Positions 42,495-52,609 of a stretch of 64,000 nt of DNA are shown here, piece by piece. How positions within the stretch are numbered: position 1 is the stretch's first letter; the number at the start of each line of letters is the position of its first letter. A model generated the notes under the pieces. It searched no databases. It was not told the origin of the DNA and worked only from the letters and a program-made list of their open reading frames with translations. Source of the stretch: Methanothermococcus sp. Ax23 (lineage in GTDB: Archaea; AGJL01; Methanococci; Methanococcales; Methanococcaceae); NCBI RefSeq assembly GCF_049075655.1, contig NZ_CP157522.1, positions 448,001 through 512,000 on the forward strand. The letters run 5' to 3'. The position numbers and the translations under genes were made by a program.

Positions 42495-42510
42495 TTTATA
42501 TAGAAGTTCA
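42495..42510 (+). promoter_or_regulatory. Thermosome promoter TATA plus GAAGTTCA element
   Basis: TTTATATAGAAGTTCA, identical to the cdc48 promoter on the minus strand. Confidence 0.65.
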
Positions 42511-42593
42511 TAATCATATACATACCGTTAGAGTAGATACTAAACAATTATGGGATTATTAATAAAAAATATTAAAAAAATTGAGGTGATGGC

Positions 42594-44228
42594 ATGGCAG
42601 CAGGTCAGCCAGTAGTTGTATTACCAGAAAATGTAAAAAGATACATGGGAAGAGATGCTCAGAGAATGAACATATTAGCAGGAAGAATCATTGCTGAAAC
42701 CGTAAGATCCACATTGGGACCAAAGGGAATGGACAAAATGTTAGTTGATGATTTGGGGGACATTGTTGTTACAAACGATGGTGTAACAATCTTAAAAGAA
42801 ATGAGTGTAGAACACCCAGCTGCAAAAATGTTAATCGAAGTTGCAAAAACCCAAGAAAAAGAAGTTGGGGATGGAACAACAACAGCTGTTGTTATATCTG
42901 GTGAATTATTAAGAAAAGCTGAAGAATTACTTGACCAGAATGTTCATCCAACAATCGTTATCAAAGGATACCAGTTAGCACTTGAAAAAGTTCAGGAAAT
43001 ATTAAAAGACATTGCTATTGAAGTAAAAGCTGACGACAAAGAAATGTTAAAGAAAATAGCAATGACATCAATCACAGGAAAAGGTGCTGAAAAAGCTAAG
43101 GAAAAATTGGGGGACATAATTGTTGAAGCTGTATCAACAGTTGTTGATGAAAACGGTAAAATCGATAAAGATTTAATAAAAGTAGAGAAGAAAGAAGGAA
43201 CATCCGTTGATGAAACAGAATTAATCAGAGGAGTATTAATCGATAAGGAAAGAGTAAATCCACAGATGCCTAAGAAGGTAGAAAATGCAAAAATTGCATT
43301 GTTGAACTGCCCAATTGAAGTTAAAGAAACAGAAACAGATGCTAAAATAAGCATAACAGACCCTGCAAAGATGATGGAATTCATCGAACAGGAAGAAAAG
43401 ATGTTAAAAGACATGGTTGATGAAATAAAAGCATCTGGTGCAAATGTTGTATTCTGTCAGAAAGGAATTGATGACTTAGCTCAGCACTACCTTGCAAAAG
43501 CAGGAATCCTTGCAGTAAGAAGAGTTAAAAAATCAGACATAGAAAAACTTTCAAAAGCAACAGGAGCAAACATTATTACAAACATAAAAGACTTAACAGC
43601 AGACGACTTAGGAGAAGCTGGACTTGTATCAGAAGAGAAAGTTGCTGGCGACGCAATGATATTCGTTAAAGAATGCAAGCATCCAAAAGCAGTAACAATC
43701 TTAGTAAGAGGAACAACAGAACATGTTGTAGATGAAGTAGCAAGAGCTATCGATGACGCAATAGGCGTTGTAGCATGCACCATAGAAGATGGTAAAATCG
43801 TTGCTGGTGGTGGAGCAGCAGAAGTAGAATTAGCTATGAGATTAAGAGACTACGCAGACACAGTAAGCGGAAGAGAACAGTTAGCAGTTAGAGGATTTGC
43901 TGACGCATTAGAAGTAATCCCAAGAACATTGGCAGAAAATGCTGGTTTAGATGCTATCGAAATGCTCGTAAATCTCAGAGCTAAACATGCAACAGATGGA
44001 AGCTCAACATATGGATTAAATGTATTCACAGGCGAAGTTGAAGACATGGCTGAAAATGGAGTTGTTGAACCATTGAGAGTTAAAACACAAGCTATCCAGT
44101 CAGCTACTGAATCAGCAGAAATGTTATTAAGAATAGACGATGTAATCGCAGCTGAAAAATTGAGCGGTGGAGCTGGCGGAGATGCTGGTGACATGGGCGG
44201 AATGGGAGGTATGGGCGGAATGATGTAA
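42594..44228 (+). CDS. ths: Thermosome (group II chaperonin)
   Basis: [33 protein letters not shown] tail. Confidence 0.98.
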   Translation: MAAGQPVVVLPENVKRYMGRDAQRMNILAGRIIAETVRSTLGPKGMDKMLVDDLGDIVVTNDGVTILKEMSVEHPAAKMLIEVAKTQEKEVGDGTTTAVVISGELLRKAEELLDQNVHPTIVIKGYQLALEKVQEILKDIAIEVKADDKEMLKKIAMTSITGKGAEKAKEKLGDIIVEAVSTVVDENGKIDKDLIKVEKKEGTSVDETELIRGVLIDKERVNPQMPKKVENAKIALLNCPIEVKETETDAKISITDPAKMMEFIEQEEKMLKDMVDEIKASGANVVFCQKGIDDLAQHYLAKAGILAVRRVKKSDIEKLSKATGANIITNIKDLTADDLGEAGLVSEEKVAGDAMIFVKECKHPKAVTILVRGTTEHVVDEVARAIDDAIGVVACTIEDGKIVAGGGAAEVELAMRLRDYADTVSGREQLAVRGFADALEVIPRTLAENAGLDAIEMLVNLRAKHATDGSSTYGLNVFTGEVEDMAENGVVEPLRVKTQAIQSATESAEMLLRIDDVIAAEKLSGGAGGDAGDMGGMGGMGGMM

Positions 44229-44254
44229 GCCCCCATCCCATTACTTTCTTTTTT
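44201..44254 (+). terminator. 3' stem-loop plus T-tract after the thermosome gene
   Basis: AATGGGA..GGGC pairs with GCCC..TCCCATT, followed by TTTCTTTTTT. Confidence 0.45.
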
Positions 44255-44323
44255 AGAAAAATATATTTATAAATTTAAATAAACTATATAAAAAAGGATA
44301 ATAAAATAAGAATAATAAATTAT

Positions 44324-45646
44324 CTAATATCTCTCAATTCCTCCTATATTTTTCACAACTTCCAAAAATGATTCTTCCAATGCCTTCAAATCATCTTTTT
44401 TATAGGAGTATATTCTAAATGTAATGCTTTTAAATCCATTTTTAATATTACTTCCTTCATATACATCTATAATTTCAATATCAAACATGCAGTTCAATAA
44501 TTTCAAAATAATGTCTGGATTCACTTCTTTTTTGAATAATACGGATATATCATAATAATATTTTTTTAAATTTTGTTCTTTCCATTGTTTTAATTCCTCA
44601 TCATCCATTAAAATTACATTTGCCACATTAATTTTTAAATCCTTTCCATTTTTATCTATAATTACAAAATCATCAACAATATTTTTTACAATCCCAAAAT
44701 GAACTTTATTTGAATATACATGCCTTAATCCAATTTCTTTACCTGTTGATTTTTTAATTCTCTCGATTTCTTCGGTAATTGCACCAACTGCCTTATTTGA
44801 GTAATTCATACCCCTGATGGTTTCATTTCCAAAGTGTTTAGCAGCTTCTTTCATTATATTTGCAAATGATTCTCTGTCCTTTTTTTCCACTACCTGTTTT
44901 ATGTTATTACATTCTTTTATAAATGTTTCATGAATATGTTTTATTTGTGGATTGTGCATCTGAATATCTGCATATAAATAAGGATTCTGACCAATAATCC
45001 TTGCTATGATATTTATCATGAGCTCATATATTGGTGAGGCATATTTTCTTGATTCTTTAATATTTATGTCCAAGTCCTTCAATGTTGCACCAAGAGTGAT
45101 ATAGGCATAATGGGTTAAACCTTGAACAACACCCATAATCCTGTCGTGCTTCTCAGGAGGTATTACAATAACCCTTGCCCCTTCTTTTTCAAGGAAATTT
45201 TTTATTTTATCGAACCATGGATTATTTTTATGCTTTTCGGAGGGCGTAAGTATTACAACCTGTCTTTTTAATGAAGGAGTAGCTGGCCCAAACATTGGGT
45301 GGGTGGGAATCACACAAACGCCATCTTTTGCATATTTTTCCATGGCTCTTGATGGAATTTCTTTTATTGATGTGATATCCATCAAAACACAATTTTCCCG
45401 CACGTGTGGAGCTATTTCTTGAATAACCCTTTCAGTAATGTTTATGGGAACTGCAACCATTACTATGTCCCCAATTTTAGAGGCTTCAATATTGTCGTTG
45501 GTGTATTTTACACCCAATTCTTTTTCAACATTTTTACCTTTTACCACATCTCTTCCGGTAACTACTACATCAAAACCTTTATTTTTTAAAAATCTTGCAA
45601 ACCATTTTCCTAGTCCATCCGTTCCGCCGATTATAGAAATTATCAT
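44324..45646 (-). CDS. tyrA: Prephenate/arogenate dehydrogenase with C-terminal extension
   Basis: IIGGTDGLG, DITSIK, HPMFGP, HDRIMGVVQGLTH. Confidence 0.93.
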   Translation of the reverse strand: MIISIIGGTDGLGKWFARFLKNKGFDVVVTGRDVVKGKNVEKELGVKYTNDNIEASKIGDIVMVAVPINITERVIQEIAPHVRENCVLMDITSIKEIPSRAMEKYAKDGVCVIPTHPMFGPATPSLKRQVVILTPSEKHKNNPWFDKIKNFLEKEGARVIVIPPEKHDRIMGVVQGLTHYAYITLGATLKDLDINIKESRKYASPIYELMINIIARIIGQNPYLYADIQMHNPQIKHIHETFIKECNNIKQVVEKKDRESFANIMKEAAKHFGNETIRGMNYSNKAVGAITEEIERIKKSTGKEIGLRHVYSNKVHFGIVKNIVDDFVIIDKNGKDLKINVANVILMDDEELKQWKEQNLKKYYYDISVLFKKEVNPDIILKLLNCMFDIEIIDVYEGSNIKNGFKSITFRIYSYKKDDLKALEESFLEVVKNIGGIERY

Positions 45647-45749
45647 AACAATTCCTTCATGTGTTTTTATAATTATTAATAATACTCATAATGATACCTA
45701 TAATAATACCTATAATATGTATTGTATTTTTATATTTATAATGGCATGA

Positions 45750-45765
45750 CCAAAAAGTTTATATA
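45750..45765 (+). promoter_or_regulatory. BRE-TATA promoter of tRNA-Cys
   Basis: CCAAAAAGTTTATATA. Confidence 0.75.
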
Positions 45766-45812
45766 TTAGAATTGTATTTTTAATGTATGGAATTAATAAC
45801 ATGTATTAATGT

Positions 45813-45886
45813 GCCAGGGTAGTCTAGTCCGGCGAGGCAGCGGACTGCAGATCCGCTTCAGAAGGGTTCAAATCCCTTCCCTGGCT
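45813..45886 (+). tRNA. tRNA-Cys (anticodon GCA)
   Basis: Acceptor GCCAGGG/CCCTGGC, U73, arm GCGGA-CTGCAGA-TCCGC, GGTTCAAATCC. Confidence 0.97.
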
Positions 45887-46184
45887 TTTCTGAAAGAATG
45901 TGAAGAAATCAAGCAAATCTCGAAAGAGATTTGCGAGATTTTATTTTTATATGGTAATATCGATTAATTTAAATATATTATTATAAGTTTAAGGCTCTTT
46001 CGACTATGGCTTAACCTTTTTAAAGAGTGTATTTAGATTTACAATTTTAATATTATTCATAAGTATTAATTAAATTAATACAGGACATAATATTTTTTTT
46101 AGGTATATTGATACCTTAAATCAAATCGATAAGTTTTTATATTATTTTATAAAATAAATTTATTACAAAAATTGAGGTGATATA

Positions 46185-47249
46185 TTGAAAATCGCTATAT
46201 TGGGAGCAGGATGTTATAGAACACACGCTGCATGTGGTATTACAAACTTTTCAAGAGCAGCAGAAGTTGCAAAAGAAGTGGGAATACCTGAAATCACAAT
46301 GACACACTCTACAATCACAATGGGGGCTGAATTATTACATTTAATCCCAGAAGTTGATGAAGTTGTAGTTTCTGACCCTTGCTTTGCAGAAGAGCCAGGA
46401 ATCGTCGTAATTGACGAATTTGACCCAAAAGAAGTTATGGAAGCTCACCTAGCAGGAGAGCCTGAAAAGGTAATGCCTGCTATTAGAGATGCTGTTAAGG
46501 CTAAGGCAAAAGAACTTCCAAAACCACCAAAAGCATGTATTCATTTTGTCCATCCAGAAAAAGTTGGATTGAAAGTAACCTCTGACGATAGAGAAGCAGT
46601 AGCAGATGCAGATATTGTAATTACATGGTTGCCAAAAGGGGGAAGCCAGCCAGCAATTATTGAAAAATTCGCAGATGCTATAAAAGAAGGAGCAATTGTA
46701 ACACATGCATGCACCATCCCAACACCAAAATTCGCAAAAATTTTCAAAGACTTAGGAAGAGAAGATTTAAACATCATTTCATACCACCCAGGAGCAGTTC
46801 CTGAAATGAAAGGACAGGTATTCTTATCAGAAGGGTTTGCATCAGAAGAAGCTGTTGAAAAACTCTACTGTATAGCAAAAACCGCAAGAGGAACTGCATT
46901 CAAAATGCCTGCAAACTTAATCAGCCCTGTATGTGATATGGGTTCAGCAGTTACTGCACCAGTTTATGCGGCAATATTAGCATACAGAGATGCAGTTACA
47001 AACATATTGGGAGCTCCTGCTGACTTCGCTCAGATGATGGCAGATGAAGCTATCACACAAATGTTGGAATTAATGAGAAAAGAAGGCATTAGAAACATGG
47101 AAGATAAATTAGACCCAAAAGCTTTAACTGGAACAGCAGACAGTATGTGCTTCGGTCCATTAGCAGACATCCTTCCATCAGCATTAAAAGTTCTTGAAAA
47201 ACATGGTAAAGATGACAAATGCGATTGTGGATGTAATATAAAACCATAA
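46185..47249 (+). CDS. hmd: [Fe]-hydrogenase, H2-forming methylene-H4MPT dehydrogenase
   Basis: MKIAILGAGCYRTH, VTHACTIP (Fe-ligating Cys), ADSMCFG; TTG start after GAGGTGA. Confidence 0.98.
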   Translation: MKIAILGAGCYRTHAACGITNFSRAAEVAKEVGIPEITMTHSTITMGAELLHLIPEVDEVVVSDPCFAEEPGIVVIDEFDPKEVMEAHLAGEPEKVMPAIRDAVKAKAKELPKPPKACIHFVHPEKVGLKVTSDDREAVADADIVITWLPKGGSQPAIIEKFADAIKEGAIVTHACTIPTPKFAKIFKDLGREDLNIISYHPGAVPEMKGQVFLSEGFASEEAVEKLYCIAKTARGTAFKMPANLISPVCDMGSAVTAPVYAAILAYRDAVTNILGAPADFAQMMADEAITQMLELMRKEGIRNMEDKLDPKALTGTADSMCFGPLADILPSALKVLEKHGKDDKCDCGCNIKP

Positions 47250-47357
47250 TCATTTTCGTTGCTCACAGATTTGTGATTGCACGGCAATATACTTTTTTAT
47301 TTTATTTCCTTTTTATTTTTACTAATGAAAACTATAATTTACAGTTTTGGTGATGCA

Positions 47358-48389
47358 ATGAATTTTTCAAAAATAAAAAGCAATTTTCAAGATTTAAAAA
47401 ATGGAGAAATTGATGTAAAACAGGGATTACTATCAAAAGAAGATGCTTTAAAGTTATTCGAGATTACCCATTGGAAGGATTATTTAAAATTATTTAGTAT
47501 TGCATCAGAAGTAAGAGATTATTTTAAAAAAGAGATAGAAATTACATCAACAATACATATAACGAATATCTGCAAAGTTCATCCAAAATGTCTATACTGC
47601 GGTTTTGCGTCTGGAACTTCAAAAGAGGGATACTACACACCATTTAAAATATCAGATGAGGAGATAAAAAACTCCGCTATTGCAATAGATAAAAGTGGGA
47701 TATGTCGTGTAAGTTGTTCATCTGCCCACGGTTATGAAGGTGGGGAAGTATTAAGAGCTCTAAAGATAGTTAAAGAAAATACCAACTTAGAGGTTTTAGT
47801 AAATGCAGGTGCAGATTTAACAGAGGAATCCATAAAAGAAATGAAAAAATACGGCATAGACACCATTTGCTGTAATTTGGAAACTACAAACAAAGAATTA
47901 TTTAAAAAAATAAAGCCCGGGGAAGAATTGGAGGATAGAATAGAAGTTTGTAAATTGGTTAAAAAATACGATATAGAACTATCATCAGGTTTATTATTGG
48001 GGGTTGGAGAAAGTCATGAGGATAGAGTAAATCATCTCCTATTTTTAAAGGAGCTCGATGTTGATGAGATACCAATTATGGGATTCAATCCATACAAAGG
48101 AACCCCTATGGAAAACCATCCAAGATGTTCTTCATTGGAGCAGGCAAAGACCATTGCAATTGTAAGATTGATGTTTCCAGACATAAGAATTACATCACCA
48201 ACCCCGACGATTGGGGCTGAGCTCATGCAGTTTGCACTGATGGGAGGAGCAAGCAACATAGCAACAGTAATTCCTGATAATCATCCTATGAATATAAAAG
48301 GAGTGGGAAACCCAAAAACAGGAAATTTAAAGGATGTAATTAGAATGATTAAAGAATTGGGTCTAAAACCAAAAATAAGGATGGACTAA
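47358..48389 (+). CDS. hcgA: FeGP cofactor biosynthesis radical SAM protein HcgA (HmdB)
   Basis: CX5CX2C motif (CKVHPKCLYC); directly after hmd; start at MNFS after GGTGA. Confidence 0.93.
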   Translation: MNFSKIKSNFQDLKNGEIDVKQGLLSKEDALKLFEITHWKDYLKLFSIASEVRDYFKKEIEITSTIHITNICKVHPKCLYCGFASGTSKEGYYTPFKISDEEIKNSAIAIDKSGICRVSCSSAHGYEGGEVLRALKIVKENTNLEVLVNAGADLTEESIKEMKKYGIDTICCNLETTNKELFKKIKPGEELEDRIEVCKLVKKYDIELSSGLLLGVGESHEDRVNHLLFLKELDVDEIPIMGFNPYKGTPMENHPRCSSLEQAKTIAIVRLMFPDIRITSPTPTIGAELMQFALMGGASNIATVIPDNHPMNIKGVGNPKTGNLKDVIRMIKELGLKPKIRMD

Positions 48390-48421
48390 AATTATGCAAT
48401 ATAATAAAAATAAGGGGGATT

Positions 48422-48958
48422 ATGAGGGGAATTAATCCATTCATCTTAAATTTAATTGTTTTAACATCAATAATTGCATTAATTGGTTTAGTGTATTTTT
48501 TTATGAGCTCATATATTATATTACTTCTCACTGCAATTTTGTTTATATCCTTAATAATTTATGCTTATTCTGTTATAGAAGTGATGGGGACAAATAAGGG
48601 AAAATTAGTTTATAAACCTAAATTAAACCTATCTAAATTGAGATATGATTCAGTTATGTTTATAATATTTATGATTATGTTTATACTACATTCTAAAGAA
48701 ATCATATCTATGAATTTATTAATAATATTCATTATATTGTATTTCATTTACAACCATTTGGGAAATTACATTATTTGGAAACCTCCTATTAAAGTATATG
48801 AAAAAGGCATTGTTTTGGGAGATACTGCTTTTTATAAATGGGATGAATTAAATATAAAAGATGAAGGGGATAAAATAAAAATAAAGATAAAATATTATCC
48901 AAAAGAGGTTGTTTTAGATAAAAATATATTAAAGGGTGTAGATTATGAAAGGGATTAA
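48422..48958 (+). CDS. Membrane protein, tandem paralog 1 (about 4 TM plus YEKG..W domain, DUF5673-like)
   Basis: MRGINP start; KVYEKGIVLGDTAFYKWDEL. Confidence 0.8.
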   Translation: MRGINPFILNLIVLTSIIALIGLVYFFMSSYIILLLTAILFISLIIYAYSVIEVMGTNKGKLVYKPKLNLSKLRYDSVMFIIFMIMFILHSKEIISMNLLIIFIILYFIYNHLGNYIIWKPPIKVYEKGIVLGDTAFYKWDELNIKDEGDKIKIKIKYYPKEVVLDKNILKGVDYERD

Positions 48959-49439
48959 TCCACTTTATTTTAAACTAATAAACTCAACCACCATACTATT
49001 AATTTTAGTGCCTTCAATGCTTCATACTGTTGATTTTAAAACTGCTATTTCTGTGGCAATATTATTGGGTGCAATTATTTTAATAGTTATATACTACAAT
49101 TGGAAAAAAATTTCAAAAATAAACAAAGGAAAAATAATAAAATCAGTAAAGGGAAAAATTGGAAATTGGCATTATCTTTTGGCTGGACTGTTGTTGGCAG
49201 GGGTTGGGGGATATTTAGTTATGGCAATTTCATGGACTATGGCATTTATCATACTATTGGGATTTATCATATCTGATTTTAATCAATCCTACAATATTAC
49301 GATTTATGAAAAGGGAGTAGTATTTGATGGTTTGGCATATTATGATTGGAATGAAATTAATAAAATTGATAATGGAGGTAAATTAACATTTAAAATAAAA
49401 AATATTCCAAAAGAAATAGTTATTATAGATAAGAATTAG
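48945..49439 (+). CDS. Membrane protein, tandem paralog 2
   Basis: MKGINP start; TIYEKGVVFDGLAYYDWNEI. Confidence 0.8.
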   Translation: MKGINPLYFKLINSTTILLILVPSMLHTVDFKTAISVAILLGAIILIVIYYNWKKISKINKGKIIKSVKGKIGNWHYLLAGLLLAGVGGYLVMAISWTMAFIILLGFIISDFNQSYNITIYEKGVVFDGLAYYDWNEINKIDNGGKLTFKIKNIPKEIVIIDKN

Positions 49440-49761
49440 GTGAATTACATCTCCCTTGCGGGAGGGCTTCCTGCTTCATTGAGCTTTCGCCCTCCACAGG
49501 CACAACGGACTCTCCCAGCCCTGACTTTATATTATATCTTGGCGTAAATTCGTAAATCCATCTTATACTTCCAGAGTATTTTATAACAAAAACTAATATA
49601 AATATTTTTCGTCGGATTTCCGAGCGATAGCGAAGGAAAGTAATGAAATGCGAAGCATTTCATCTGATTTCATCCCCTCCCTTACGGAAGGGAATGTCTG
49701 AGCGATAGCGAAGACATTTATAAATTCCGAAGGAATTTATCAAACTTCACGCAGACATTAG
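49440..49761 (-). mobile_element. Non-autonomous IS200/IS605-derived element with omega-RNA-like right end and two nested mini-elements
   Basis: Minus strand ..GTGCCTGTGGAG..GAAGCAGGAAGCCCTCCCGCAAGGGAGATGTAATTCAC (typical tnpB right end); LE-type hairpin CCCTTCCGTAAGGGAGGGGATGAAATC. Confidence 0.8.
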
Positions 49762-49782
49762 TTAAAACAAAAAGGTGGTGTA

Positions 49783-50406
49783 GTGATAGGGATAAATCCA
49801 AATAAATTTAACAACATAAAAATTATTTATTTTGCATTTTATGTGGGGGTGTGGATTTTTCTTTATAACATGGGAGCTCCTACATTACCAATACTTATCT
49901 TAATCATTCCAATAATTGCCGTTATGGGACAGTTGCGGAGTATGTTAAATAACGCAAATAAAGGAAGTTTTTTGTATGAAGTTAAATATCGCTCAATAAA
50001 TGGTAAATATATATCTATTGCAGTATTGATAGGAATATGTTTGGTATTTTTAAAATATTGGTTAATAAAATATGGAGTAATACCATATAATGGGGAATTT
50101 ATAGTTTATTTTGGAATATTGATGCTTATTATGTTAGTTATAATATTGCTTGGAATAAAATATACGCATTTAAAGTTTTATGAGAAGGGCATAATATACA
50201 ATAACACCGCCTTTTACAATTGGGATGAGGTAGAGCTCACCAAAGATAAAAAAGTTATGAAGTTGAAAATAAAGGACAGTTCAGAGGAAATATTGATTAA
50301 AAATCATTCTTTTAAATTAGATGAGATTGTGGGATATTATGAAAGTTGGAATTTACCCAAATCAAAGATTTGTGAATTGCCGAACGGCAATAACCAAAAT
50401 GTATAG
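49783..50406 (+). CDS. Membrane protein, tandem paralog 3
   Basis: MIGINP (GTG start); KFYEKGIIYNNTAFYNWDEV; 3' end overlaps the next gene. Confidence 0.78.
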   Translation: MIGINPNKFNNIKIIYFAFYVGVWIFLYNMGAPTLPILILIIPIIAVMGQLRSMLNNANKGSFLYEVKYRSINGKYISIAVLIGICLVFLKYWLIKYGVIPYNGEFIVYFGILMLIMLVIILLGIKYTHLKFYEKGIIYNNTAFYNWDEVELTKDKKVMKLKIKDSSEEILIKNHSFKLDEIVGYYESWNLPKSKICELPNGNNQNV

Positions 50407-50923
50407 GGATATTGCAGAAATAATTGGTATTGAAGATTACGATGTAGTTAATCCATACAACAATAAACTAAAAGAACATTATGATTTATTGATTATTTCA
50501 AAAGGATACAAAGAAAGAGTGGAAAAATTAAATCCCTATCCGATTTTTGAAATAAAATCCGCCACATTTGATGATTTAATTGAAAGCATGAATGAATTAA
50601 AAAAGTTGAATGTAGGAGCTCCGGATAAGATAGAAAATTACATTGAAACTATCAATAAAAAGAAAAATAAAATTAAATCCTTAGAATACAATAAAAATGT
50701 AAAGATAAACTCTGAAACTGAATTTATAAAAAAGATTATAGTTGATTTAGGCATTACTCCCTCAGATGATGGAATTTTGATAATTCCTGATTATATGATT
50801 GATGAAGATGATGATAATAATTACAATAAAATAATCCTAAATACTCACAGATACGATTTAAATACTCTTGAAAGAATTGAGGATAGGTATTTATCAATTA
50901 TAGAATCAATTAATAAATTGTAG
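50339..50923 (+). CDS. Conserved hypothetical protein upstream of hcgG, carrying a probable 39-nt palindromic insertion
   Basis: ORF with typical codon usage; start at MKVG after GTGGGA. Confidence 0.75.
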   Translation: MKVGIYPNQRFVNCRTAITKMYRDIAEIIGIEDYDVVNPYNNKLKEHYDLLIISKGYKERVEKLNPYPIFEIKSATFDDLIESMNELKKLNVGAPDKIENYIETINKKKNKIKSLEYNKNVKINSETEFIKKIIVDLGITPSDDGILIIPDYMIDEDDDNNYNKIILNTHRYDLNTLERIEDRYLSIIESINKL

Positions 50924-50933
50924 TGGTGGAACC

Positions 50934-52460
50934 ATGAAAGATATGATAAAAAATGCAGTAAATGACTTAGATGCCTGTTTAGAATTGAGAAAACAGGTTA
51001 TTGAAAAAATAACAAAAAACAAACTATCTGAAAGTGATATAATTGAAGTGGTTGATGCAGTTGATGATTTAAGCATTGAAGAAATCCAAAAGCTTGGAAG
51101 TAATTTTAGAAAATTCCCTCTTGGATGCGATTTAGTGGAAATTGGCATAGGTCCATGTGCTTCATCATTGACTTTAACGGAGCTCATGGAGAATTGTATT
51201 TTAACTGACCATTTGGGATTCCCAATACATATATGCTCCTATGCACTTGGAGATATTGCGGAAAAAGAAGGCATGACACCGTTGGAGGTTTTCAAAACTA
51301 TCCATGGTGAAATTGAAGTTCCAATTGATTTAGACCACTTTGGAAAATACGGAGCAATGAGATTTCCAAAAGAAATTACCCACTGTTATGGGGATTGTTA
51401 TTACAAAGGACCGCCATACATAGGATGTCCGAGGGATAGGATACATAAACGACTTATCGACAAAGAAAAAGAATATTCTTATGAATTTGACGACTGGATA
51501 AAATTGTCCTCTACTGTATGTATTAATGTTGTGGAGGAACAAGGTGGGGAAGAGCATGCCGCACCGTTGGATGAGATGAAAGTTGTTGCAGAAGCCGCTA
51601 AAAAATATGGCAGAGGATTGGAAGGCATATTCCATATTGGAGATGGATACGACGACTTAATCACTGGTTTAAAGTCATGCATTGATATGGATGTGGATGT
51701 GTTTGTTGTTGAAGGAGCTCCGTTCAACCGTTCAAAAGATAGGTTAAAAGCATTTGCAAAGGCAGTTGCAGTATCCCGTATATTGGTAAAAGGTGGAGTA
51801 GTTGCCACCAATGGTGCCTATGAGGATGAATGCAGAATAGGGCTTAGAAGCGGTTTAAATGTAATATTAAGCGGTTTCAAAGGAAATCATCACGGTTATA
51901 TGTGTGGCTATTCACCAAAAACTGCTAAACGAGGAAACTTTGGAGTTCCAAGAGTTTTGAGGATTATTAAGGAAGAAATCGAATATAATAAATTGGATAC
52001 CTGCATACTAGATAATAACATATTGAAGGCAATAGCAAAGGGAAGCAAATTTTTAAACTACAATAATGAGAGCTTAATTTATCCAAATAAATTAGGCGGG
52101 CATTTTATTGGCGATGCTCACTGGGTAGCAGTTAAAAACAGCAATTTATACAATAATATCCACAGCAAGACAATTGACGACATTGGAGAATGGGATAAAT
52201 TAGGTTTATTGGGTGGTAGATATATAGCATGGGGAATGGCAAAGGCGTTAAAGCCAGAAGAGGTTTATATTAGTGATGCTGACAAATGGGTAGAGAAAAC
52301 CGCTGTAAAAATATTAAATGATGCTGGAATAAACGCCTATGGATGTAATGGAGACGATAAAAAAGTAATAGAAAATGCCGATAAATCCTTTATCACTTCA
52401 TTTATTCCCGAAATAATTCTAAGAATAAAGAATAAAACTAATGCGGAAAGTTTGATTTAA
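50934..52460 (+). CDS. hcgG: FeGP cofactor biosynthesis protein HcgG (HmdC)
   Basis: FPLGCDL.E..IGPCAS, DLDHFG, C.GDCY, GCPRDRIHKRL, NHHGYMCGY; hmd cluster context. Confidence 0.9.
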   Translation: MKDMIKNAVNDLDACLELRKQVIEKITKNKLSESDIIEVVDAVDDLSIEEIQKLGSNFRKFPLGCDLVEIGIGPCASSLTLTELMENCILTDHLGFPIHICSYALGDIAEKEGMTPLEVFKTIHGEIEVPIDLDHFGKYGAMRFPKEITHCYGDCYYKGPPYIGCPRDRIHKRLIDKEKEYSYEFDDWIKLSSTVCINVVEEQGGEEHAAPLDEMKVVAEAAKKYGRGLEGIFHIGDGYDDLITGLKSCIDMDVDVFVVEGAPFNRSKDRLKAFAKAVAVSRILVKGGVVATNGAYEDECRIGLRSGLNVILSGFKGNHHGYMCGYSPKTAKRGNFGVPRVLRIIKEEIEYNKLDTCILDNNILKAIAKGSKFLNYNNESLIYPNKLGGHFIGDAHWVAVKNSNLYNNIHSKTIDDIGEWDKLGLLGGRYIAWGMAKALKPEEVYISDADKWVEKTAVKILNDAGINAYGCNGDDKKVIENADKSFITSFIPEIILRIKNKTNAESLI

Positions 52461-52462
52461 AA

Positions 52463-52535
52463 AAAACATCCTCAGCTACCCCAGGTCTCATCTTATACAG
52501 CATCAGCAGGGATGACTCTCATCACCGGATGTTTT
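52463..52535 (-). ncRNA. Box C/D guide sRNA
   Basis: Minus strand: stem ACATCC, C box GTGATGA, 12-nt guide GAGTCATCCCTG, D' CTGA, C' AAGATGA, 12-nt guide GACCTGGGGTAG, D CTGA, stem GGATGT. Confidence 0.9.
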
Positions 52536-52609
52536 TTATATTTTATTTATTTTATTCATTTTTTATATTTATTTTCTCTTTTTTTATTTTTTACATTATA
52601 ATTTTTTAT

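Noticed and set aside
47215-47249. Cys-rich Hmd tail (KCDCGCNIKP) as a novelty
   Set aside because: I recall a very similar tail in Methanothermococcus Hmd, so it is probably a lineage trait
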